The notes: generated by a model not told the origin, from the sequence alone. Shown: positions 24,023-30,891, counted from the first letter of the stretch. The stretch: DNA of 32,000 bases from Candidatus Thalassarchaeaceae archaeon (GCA_045568075.1 JBJLBP010000001.1:1050001-1082000), one strand, 5' to 3'. Program-made: numbers and translations.

Positions 24023-25260
24023 GCCTCAGCATCGTTAAGTGAATCCAGGTCGTTATCAACATCGGAAGGGGTGTAGACCCAACCACCGGTTGCCTCGGTT
24101 AGAACCCAACTTCCGTAGGTATCGGTTAGTGTCTGAGTGTCTCCTGCATCAGTACAACCTACACACGACCAGGTTGGTGTGTCGCCAGTATCGGCATCAG
24201 TAACTACGAGAGTATCGGAAACAGTACCGCCAGCATCTTCTGTATACGCACCAGTATTGTCGGAATTCGCAATTACTGGGTCATCGTTAGAGTTGGCTAC
24301 AGTAACTGTAGCTGCAATCGAAACAGTTACGGAGTCGTCGCCCGCACCAGTAGTGCCGCCGTTATCCTTCAGAGTGGTGATTGTTACCACACGGTTGTTG
24401 GCAACTGATGGTGAGTCGTCTGTGTTCTTGTAGGCTAGAGCATTGATTAGAGTCTCCATCAAAGCCTCAGAGATTCCCTCGCCATCGCCAGTCCATGTGA
24501 GTGTTGCAGTAGTACTGTCCATGGTAACTACAGCAGCACCGGAGTTAGTTGCAGTGTTAGCTACACAAGTAGCAGCAGCAGTGATGTCACAGTCTGAGCC
24601 ATCGATAACGATGTACTCTTCCTCGTCCACAACATTTGTGATAGTAATCACAATTGCCTCGTAAGTCTGAACTACTTGTGAATCGGAATCAGTAGCAGCA
24701 GCACTAGAGAAAAGTGCGAAATTTGATCCGCCTTCAGTGAACGTGCCTGATGCCCCGGTTGCAGAAAGGGTAGGCTCGTCGTTCACTTGAGTAACAGAAA
24801 TGGTGTATGAAGCCTGAACAGTTTCACCGCCAGAGACACCCTGGATGGTTATTGCAGTTCCACCAGTTACATGAGCATCAGTAGGAGTTCCAGTGATGGT
24901 TGCAGTAGAATCACTGTTGTCCGTAAAAGTCATCCAAGAATGACAGGAAGTGCATGATAGAACAACAGTGGTCCCATCAGGATCGTTCCACTGTACCGTC
25001 GAGCTATAGGCGACGTCTTCGGTGGAGGAGGTCGTCGGTGTTGTGACGGCGAATGGCGGCACAAACCTAGCATCTTGAGTATCTTCAAGAGCGCTAACGC
25101 TAGCGCTACCGCTATCGAAGATTTGGCCTGCAACTAGGATGAGTGTGATCGCTGCGGCAAGGCCGATTGCGACGTTCCTTAGGTCATTCGATGTCAGGTT
25201 CTTCTGGTTTGTATGGCTCACTGTAGTGAGCGGCACGGCTGCAACCATGTTGGTTCCCAC
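24004..25260 (-). CDS. N-terminal fragment of giant adhesin with signal/anchor helix
   Basis: 418-aa track ORF. The track start is GTG 25260 and an ATG lies at 25248 (MVAAVPLTTVSH...). A single N-terminal hydrophobic helix follows a basic residue: R-NVAIGLAAAITLILVAGQIF (25117..25173). Then come beta-rich modules and a VCBS-like unit (TYGSWVLTEATGGWVYTPSDVDNDLDSLNDAEA) cut short by a frame break. It is the only export signal upstream of 1261. Confidence 0.85.
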   Translation of the reverse strand: MGTNMVAAVPLTTVSHTNQKNLTSNDLRNVAIGLAAAITLILVAGQIFDSGSASVSALEDTQDARFVPPFAVTTPTTSSTEDVAYSSTVQWNDPDGTTVVLSCTSCHSWMTFTDNSDSTATITGTPTDAHVTGGTAITIQGVSGGETVQASYTISVTQVNDEPTLSATGASGTFTEGGSNFALFSSAAATDSDSQVVQTYEAIVITITNVVDEEEYIVIDGSDCDITAAATCVANTATNSGAAVVTMDSTTATLTWTGDGEGISEALMETLINALAYKNTDDSPSVANNRVVTITTLKDNGGTTGAGDDSVTVSIAATVTVANSNDDPVIANSDNTGAYTEDAGGTVSDTLVVTDADTGDTPTWSCVGCTDAGDTQTLTDTYGSWVLTEATGGWVYTPSDVDNDLDSLNDAEACHKKQ

Positions 25261-25271
25261 GTCTTTCTTGC

Positions 25272-25306
25272 ATTTAGAAGGTTACGGTACCCACCCTATA
25301 GGGTGG
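25272..25306 (-). promoter_or_regulatory. candidate promoter of the giant gene: perfect 16-bp palindrome plus TATA-like box
   Basis: The minus strand reads CCACCCTATAGGGTGG (25306..25291), then 11 nt, then TTCTAAAT (25279..25272), then 23 nt, then ATG 25248. The TATA-like centre sits about 27 nt from the ATG, which fits a leaderless or near-leaderless archaeal mRNA. Confidence 0.4.
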
Positions 25307-25847
25307 AGCATTCTATATGAGGCCGATAATCAAAATTGATTCGAGGCAGAATTGCCTCTATGTGTCCCTTTTTGCAGATTTTAACACTTGAATACAGCAC
25401 AACACCACCGCTCAACAACCGCACTACTGAAGTCTTGTCGTGCAACGTTTTTGACACTTGTTTTCGCGCCGTCTGCAGACAGCTGTGAAGTTGCATTAAG
25501 ACGGCCATTTGTTCATTATTATCAGAACTCGAATTAATGCCGCCAGAGACAATTTGAAGAACTCCCAATTCAAAGAAGAATGACTAGGCAGATCTGCCTG
25601 TCTCACCTAGAAATCAATGATTTCACTGATTAGACAAAAATCCAATCGTTTCACCCATGGATTTTCCAATCGTTCTTTATAAGCAACAAGGGGCAATTAT
25701 CGACTCTTTTTCACTAGAAGTAGGGGGTATTTGGACGCGCATAATGACAGAATTCGATGTTTAACTTACACCGATCGGTCAAAGAAAGGAGTATTGGTTA
25801 CTACCGAATTCGAGTGAATCCGGTTTGAGAAAGATGTGGCCGGAGAT

Positions 25848-25871
25848 CCGAGGCCCCGTTTGGGGCCCCGG
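25848..25871 (-). terminator. GC-rich hairpin 35 nt downstream of the stop at 25907 (candidate terminator or 3'-end structure)
   Basis: GGCCCC (25852..25857), loop GTTT, GGGGCC (25862..25867). CCG/CGG extends the stem across one mismatch. Confidence 0.3.
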
Positions 25872-25906
25872 AAATCCGGTTACGTTTGTCGAGTTAGACT
25901 ACCTAA

Positions 25907-28588
25907 TCAGGCGTCAATCTCTTCTTCTTCGACGTCCTCGAATTCCTCGTCTTCTTCGTCGAGGAATTGCTCGGTCTCGTCATACAGGTCGAACTCGTCA
26001 CTGTCTTCGTCCTTACCGCCAGCGGTGCGGGCGATTAGAGCGATTACTGCGATTAGAACAACTGCGATTCCGATGAACGGCGCAGGTTCTGCACTGATAT
26101 CGTCAAGGATTCCTAGTGGGTTTCCATTGTCACCCTGTCCGTCGTTGTTACCATCGTACTGCTCAGTTGGGTCCCACGGGAAGTGGTCCTCCCAGTCTTC
26201 ACAGCTGGTGCAAACTCCGTTCGCATCGAGAACGTATGTTGCCGGATCTGGGACACCATCGTTGTCATCGTCTGGGTCAATCGCGTTGCAGAGTCCGTCG
26301 CCGACGACCATGTCGTCATCGGTGCCGTATTCTCCATCTGGACCGACGTCGGTCTCGTTGTCGATTGGCATGACGTTGGCGTTGTTCGGGTCTCCCTGTC
26401 CGTTCAGAGCGTTGCGGCAGATCAGCTCAGTAGTGTCGAGCCAGCCATCGCCGTCATCATCGATGTCGGCGTTGTCACCAGTTCCGTCACCATCTAGGTC
26501 ACGGTTCTCGTTCGGATTCATTGGGAAGGCGTCATCGAGGTCGAGGTATCCGTCGTTGTCATCATCCTGGTCGGTGATGTCACAGTCGTGATCCATATCG
26601 TTGTCCGCAGGCACGGAGGTGTGATCCATTGGATCTGTGCCACAGTTAGGCTCCTCGTTATCCATCCAGCCGTCGTTATCGTCGTCGGAGTCTGAGAAGT
26701 CACCAATTCCGTCGCCGTCATTGTCAGCGTTTTCTGTCGCATCGAATGGGAAGGCATCCAGAGTATCTGGAGTTCCGTCGCCGTCATCGTCGGTGTCGAC
26801 CTTGTCGCAGATCATGTCGCCATCGTAGTCGTCAGGGACTGAGTCAGCGTCCAGTGCGTCACTTCCGCACTCGAACTCCTCAGCATCCGTCCAGGCGTCA
26901 CCGTCGTCGTTGAGGTCAGCGTTGTCGCCAACTCCGTCGCCGTCAGTGTCAATCCACTCAGACTGGTCGTATGGGAACGCGTCGAGCTCATCGAGCCAAA
27001 GGTCGTTGTCGTCGTCAGTGTCGGCGTTATCGCCAATTCCGTCTCCATCAAAGTCAGCCCACTCAGAAGGATCGATTGGGAAGACATCGTCTGCATTCAG
27101 GACTCCGTCACCATCGACGTCGTCGTCGATTGTGTCACAGATTCCGTCCAAATCAAGATCCAGCGGAATCGATGAGACCTCGAATGGGTCCGAGGCGCAC
27201 TCTATCTCGATTTCGTCGAAGTAGCCGTCGTTGTCATCGTCAGGATCAGCGTTGTCACCGATTCTGTCGTTGTCGTTGTCAGCCCACTCGGTCGCGTTGA
27301 ACGGGAAGGCATCCTCGTCATCCATGTAGCCGTCGTTGTCGTCATCCATATCGACGAGGTCACAAAGTGTGTCGTTGTCGAAGTCGGTTGGATACGAGTC
27401 GGCGTCCATTGGGTCGGTGACACAATCTGCCTCAGCAGAGTTGTTCCATCCATCTCCATCAAGATCAGTATCGCTATTGTCACCTAGTCCGTCACCATCA
27501 GTATCGGTAGTTTCGTTCCCATCGAATGGGAAGTCATCTTCTGAATCGATAACGCCATCTCCGTCGCTATCCGTGTCGAGTGAATCACAGATTCCATCTC
27601 CATCGGTGTCGCTTGGGAAGCTGTTACCATCGTTCGGATCAGTACCACACATATTCTCCATTGCAGTGTGCCAGCCGTCACCGTCTGGGTCAAGCGAATA
27701 GAACTGAATCGTGATGTTGTAGTCTGTTCCAGTAGTATCGTAGATGTAATTCCTCACGATGAAGTAAACTGTATCTCCACCATAGTAAGTAGTGGTTGCA
27801 GAGGCGTTCCAAACTTGAGGGTTAGTGTAGCCTGCAAATCCAACCTGACTTTGTGCTGAATTGTAGACATACAATAGATACCAAACTGATGGGGTATTGT
27901 AACCTGGATCGAGTGTGATCTCAAATCCATGGTCAACTGGAACAATGAAGTTGTACCAATCTTGGTCATCTAGACCCGCAGCAGCCCATCCTCCGTATTC
28001 GTAGGTATTGTTCGCAGTGATGTTGTTGTAAGCTGCGATATCTACTGAAGACCCGAAGGAAGAACCGGCATCTCCACCACTGTTTGCATCATCCTGGTCT
28101 CCACCTGGTAGATCCGACAGATTTCCGTAGGTGATGTCCAGCTGGTAGTCCATGTCAGTTACACCATAGGAATAAATTCCGAAGGTTACCCAATGTCCAC
28201 CCACAGGCCATAATCCTGAATGAGCTGTCTTTGGGAAGCTCTGAGCTTGTCCGTAAGCCGATGTGTCTACGTAGTATGCAGGGTTCGCAGGATAGACACA
28301 TTGCATATTCCAGTTACCGCACATATACATGTATGTGTAGACGTATGCGTTACCATTTGCAGCACTCAGATCTGGGAAGGATGTTGTGATGTTGACGTAC
28401 TTTCCAGTAGGAACCAAGATTTGGTAGTAATCGCGCTGATCCCATGTGTTATCGAACCAGCCAGTGCAAGTTCCACCAGTGTCATTCGCATCGCCATTGA
28501 TGTCGGCTTGATTCGAATTATTGACGAATGATGGGCCGGCATCCCATGTAGCTGAGTAGATGACTGTCACCAGCGTCGGTACCAGCAC
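25907..28588 (-). CDS. C-terminal fragment of second surface mega-protein: PPC-like modules, TSP3-like repeats, TM anchor, acidic tail
   Basis: 893-aa track ORF. The start is a GTG assigned by the track and there is no signal peptide. It has PPC-like modules (DQRDYYQILVPTGKYVNITTSF; DDQDWYNFIVPVDHGFEITLDPGY), then about 12 TSP3-like units with CxxDPxDxxSxP linkers. The TM helix is PFIGIAVVLIAVIALIA (26030..26080), followed by the 40-aa tail RTAGGKDEDSDEFDLYDETEQFLDEEDEEFEDVEEEEIDA. Confidence 0.85.
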   Translation of the reverse strand: MLVPTLVTVIYSATWDAGPSFVNNSNQADINGDANDTGGTCTGWFDNTWDQRDYYQILVPTGKYVNITTSFPDLSAANGNAYVYTYMYMCGNWNMQCVYPANPAYYVDTSAYGQAQSFPKTAHSGLWPVGGHWVTFGIYSYGVTDMDYQLDITYGNLSDLPGGDQDDANSGGDAGSSFGSSVDIAAYNNITANNTYEYGGWAAAGLDDQDWYNFIVPVDHGFEITLDPGYNTPSVWYLLYVYNSAQSQVGFAGYTNPQVWNASATTTYYGGDTVYFIVRNYIYDTTGTDYNITIQFYSLDPDGDGWHTAMENMCGTDPNDGNSFPSDTDGDGICDSLDTDSDGDGVIDSEDDFPFDGNETTDTDGDGLGDNSDTDLDGDGWNNSAEADCVTDPMDADSYPTDFDNDTLCDLVDMDDDNDGYMDDEDAFPFNATEWADNDNDRIGDNADPDDDNDGYFDEIEIECASDPFEVSSIPLDLDLDGICDTIDDDVDGDGVLNADDVFPIDPSEWADFDGDGIGDNADTDDDNDLWLDELDAFPYDQSEWIDTDGDGVGDNADLNDDGDAWTDAEEFECGSDALDADSVPDDYDGDMICDKVDTDDDGDGTPDTLDAFPFDATENADNDGDGIGDFSDSDDDNDGWMDNEEPNCGTDPMDHTSVPADNDMDHDCDITDQDDDNDGYLDLDDAFPMNPNENRDLDGDGTGDNADIDDDGDGWLDTTELICRNALNGQGDPNNANVMPIDNETDVGPDGEYGTDDDMVVGDGLCNAIDPDDDNDGVPDPATYVLDANGVCTSCEDWEDHFPWDPTEQYDGNNDGQGDNGNPLGILDDISAEPAPFIGIAVVLIAVIALIARTAGGKDEDSDEFDLYDETEQFLDEEDEEFEDVEEEEIDA

Positions 28589-30821
28589 CGCAGTCGTTCG
28601 GGTTCGAACCAGGCTCGTTAGCCGGTGTAATCATTGTCAGATTCATCCAGTAGATTCCGCCGCCAATATCTGTAAACACGCGTATGTAGAGGTCTTGGCC
28701 GCCGTTGGAATAGGTTGCCCACATTGTCTCAGGATTATCGTAGTAAGATGAGTCAATGAAGTACAAGTAGGTGGATGCCGGATTCTTGTAGTACAGACCG
28801 GTATCAATATCGTGCCCACCAGGGAATGATACCTCAACCTTGAGACCGTAATTCTGTGGCAAGTAAATCTTGTAGTAATCATAACGATCATCCGTATCGT
28901 GACCGTATCCGACATAACTGCCATTCATCGATGGTAAGTCAAGTGCATCATATCCATATGTGCTGTTACCACCATCATCACCAGTTCCGGCATCGTCCCA
29001 TGGACCATCCCATCCTGCTGATTGATCGTAAGTGGTGTAATCGATTGTGTAATTAGTCTCGACATCTTCTACCAAATCACGGACTAAGAGCTTGATGTAA
29101 ACAGTAGTCTCTTGACTGAGATAGTTGTTGAAGTAATACGATTCATTGGTCGACATACCCTTGGGGTTCAGTGTGTATGGGTAGTTGTTCTGGGCCAAGT
29201 AGGACCAGTATCCATCCATGTAGAGGAATGCGTCAATTGCTTCTGAGCCCTCAGGTTGGTCGAATGTTAGAACAAACCAGAATCCTTCATCGGGTGCTAG
29301 TGTGTAAGAATACCAATCCTCATCATCGTATCCATCACAGATGGTTCCAGTGAATGCTCCGGATGAGCCCAAACTGGTGATGTTCGTAGCCGAAGTCTGG
29401 AGATCTCCAGCGTCGGTTCCGGATCCGCCATCATCAGCAACAGAACATGGTGGTGGAACTGCAGGCGCAAGCTGCAATTGCAGCGAATAGCCAGCGTGAG
29501 TGTCTGTGCTGTAATAAGCGTAGTAACTTACCTTAACGAATGCAGTAGCGCCTTCGAAGGAAGTTCCGAGATCAATGAACTCAGGCTGATTATACCACGA
29601 ATAGTCAACCATCGTTGTGAAGCCCGCGTCAGAGTAGACCTCGAGATCCAGGTCGGCATTCTTGTTCCAATCCAGCGTCAGGTTGGCTGCGTATCCGGTT
29701 GGGATATGCACAGCGAAGTAATCTGCCGTATCCGTTTGATTGACGTGCCCACCAGTGGAGACATCAAGATTGAACGCGTCACCAGTAAGTGAGACCATTG
29801 CAATCGCATTGGCTGGTGGAGTAGTATCTTCTACAGATATTGACATTCCACCGTCGCCGTATGTGTCTTCCATCGTGACGGTATAGGTTCCAGCATCAGT
29901 GTAAGTAGCAAGTGTTCCTGAGGAATAAGCAGCGAGCGAGCCAACTGCCCAAGAGTCAGTCGTTCCATCTGGCTTGTCGATATCAACAGAAGTTTCGTAT
30001 GGGCACCAGTAATCGCAGGTATAGGTTACCTCTGCAGTGCTTCCAGACATGATTGAGAAAGAACCTGAGGCATAATCTCCATTCGGATATGAATCGAACT
30101 CCAAAGATAGGAGTGCATTAGCATCAGGCGAGTCTGACCAATCTCCTGGAAATCCATTATCTGCAGGGAATGTTGTGATGTTCATGTGGTAATCAGGGAT
30201 GCTGGCGTAGCCACAGTAGTAGCACCAGACCCATAGCAGAACTTCTTGGCCACCGAGGGCGCGAGACTGTCCTCCTAGACTGTTGTAGTTTCCAATGCAG
30301 GTACCATCAGAACCGATTCCGACTTGGCCTGAAGTGCTGTAGTAGCAGTAACCCCACGAGTTGCCCGAATATGTGGAGTAGCCTGACATGGAAGCAGGCC
30401 CGTATGCTGCCATGTATGCGTAGTTGTCATAGAAAGATCCTGTGCCCGACATGTTCCACTCGAGAGTGTATCTAACTCCGTAGCCAGGTTCCATATCTAC
30501 AAGGAAAACATCAATGTTAGTTGTTGATGTAGAAGAGTAACCTGTCGCTTGCATGGTATTCCAGTAATCGACAGATTCCGGTCCGTCCTCCCACTCGAAA
30601 TCAGAAGTGATATCCATCGCTCCTGAATAACCGACGCCTGCGTCGGTTCCTCGACAGGCATCTGCGCCTTGACAAGGTGATGGAGCTGCTTCCATCCTCA
30701 GGCTGTTATCTTGTAATTCGGCCTTCTCCTCTGCTACGCTAATCACAGGTAGAACGCTCATTGTTATCATCATTAATGCTAGCACTATTGTTCGGGCTGT
30801 CTTGCTTCGCATGGTCATCAC
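28518..30821 (-). CDS. N-terminal fragment of second surface mega-protein: Sec signal peptide, PPC-like modules, YGDGG module
   Basis: 767-aa track ORF with GTG 30821 / ATG 30818. The signal peptide is MMTMRSKTARTIVLALMMITMSVLPVISVA-EEK (30732..30821). There are four complete PPC-like modules (TDTADYFAVHIPTGYAANLTLDW...DLDLEVYSD; DDEDWYSYTLAPDEGFWFVLTF; DDRYDYYKIYLPQNYGLKVEVSF; ESVDYWNT) and one YGDGG module (AGTYTVTMEDTYGDGGMSISVED). A fifth PPC-like module starts NDCGAGTDAGDS and then goes off-frame. Confidence 0.85.
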   Translation of the reverse strand: MMTMRSKTARTIVLALMMITMSVLPVISVAEEKAELQDNSLRMEAAPSPCQGADACRGTDAGVGYSGAMDITSDFEWEDGPESVDYWNTMQATGYSSTSTTNIDVFLVDMEPGYGVRYTLEWNMSGTGSFYDNYAYMAAYGPASMSGYSTYSGNSWGYCYYSTSGQVGIGSDGTCIGNYNSLGGQSRALGGQEVLLWVWCYYCGYASIPDYHMNITTFPADNGFPGDWSDSPDANALLSLEFDSYPNGDYASGSFSIMSGSTAEVTYTCDYWCPYETSVDIDKPDGTTDSWAVGSLAAYSSGTLATYTDAGTYTVTMEDTYGDGGMSISVEDTTPPANAIAMVSLTGDAFNLDVSTGGHVNQTDTADYFAVHIPTGYAANLTLDWNKNADLDLEVYSDAGFTTMVDYSWYNQPEFIDLGTSFEGATAFVKVSYYAYYSTDTHAGYSLQLQLAPAVPPPCSVADDGGSGTDAGDLQTSATNITSLGSSGAFTGTICDGYDDEDWYSYTLAPDEGFWFVLTFDQPEGSEAIDAFLYMDGYWSYLAQNNYPYTLNPKGMSTNESYYFNNYLSQETTVYIKLLVRDLVEDVETNYTIDYTTYDQSAGWDGPWDDAGTGDDGGNSTYGYDALDLPSMNGSYVGYGHDTDDRYDYYKIYLPQNYGLKVEVSFPGGHDIDTGLYYKNPASTYLYFIDSSYYDNPETMWATYSNGGQDLYIRVFTDIGGGIYWMNLTMITPANEPGSNPNDCGAGTDAGDSHLLSYMGCRPIIRQ

Positions 30822-30844
30822 TGTCGCTAATCACACTATGTTAG

Positions 30845-30891
30845 TGATATAATCATGTCGTCCCCTGTTCGTCCAACCCCCTATGGGGTTG
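30845..30891 (-). promoter_or_regulatory. candidate promoter of the second mega-gene: GC-armed hairpin palindrome plus TATA-like box
   Basis: The minus strand reads CAACCCC-ATAG-GGGGTTG (30891..30874), then 21 nt, then TTATATCA (30852..30845), then 23 nt, then GTG 30821 (ATG 30818). TATA-to-start geometry matches the giant gene, and the palindrome arms resemble CCACCC/GGGTGG at 25291..25306. Confidence 0.4.

Larger units (their letters stand above)
1261..25260 (-). other. inferred single transcription/translation unit (24,000 nt) = giant PGF-CTERM adhesin, interrupted by frame breaks and stops
   Basis: There is one N-terminal signal (25260 end) and one C-terminal anchor (1261 end). Every internal ORF junction shows a domain continuing in a shifted frame. 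There are no internal start contexts or signals. Confidence 0.6.
25907..30821 (-). other. inferred single gene (4,915 nt, one extra base) = ORF 28518..30821 + ORF 25907..28588
   Basis: One PPC-like module spans the junction: NDCGAGTDAGDSH (upstream frame) then YSATWDAGPSFVNNSNQADINGDANDTGGTCTGWFDNTWDQRDYYQILVPTGKYVNI (downstream frame). Dropping one base near 28552..28566 joins them. The signal peptide is only on the upstream ORF and the TM anchor only on the downstream ORF. Confidence 0.7.

Noticed and set aside
8246-25260. Frame breaks as programmed ribosomal frameshifts or phase-variation switches
   Set aside because: The mapped sites lack slippery heptamers, downstream pseudoknot contexts and long mutable homopolymer/SSR tracts (runs are only 2-4 nt). 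They go in both directions (+1 and -1) and sit at arbitrary positions inside domains.
8246-25260. Bacterial RTX/type-I-secreted adhesin on a contaminating bacterial contig
   Set aside because: I found no GGxGxD nonapeptide repeats or C-terminal T1SS signal. The same transcription unit ends in an archaeal PGF-CTERM signal, and the contig carries aIF5A, which is archaeal/eukaryotic and replaced by EF-P in bacteria.
25296-25568. 90-aa basic ORF (TTG start; internal ATG gives 70 aa) in the long spacer, considered as a small regulator
   Set aside because: It has no recognisable DNA-binding motif and a non-ATG start, and it ends inside the promoter palindrome of the giant gene. The region is AT-rich, where random ORFs of this size are expected. 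It is worth checking against transcript data only.
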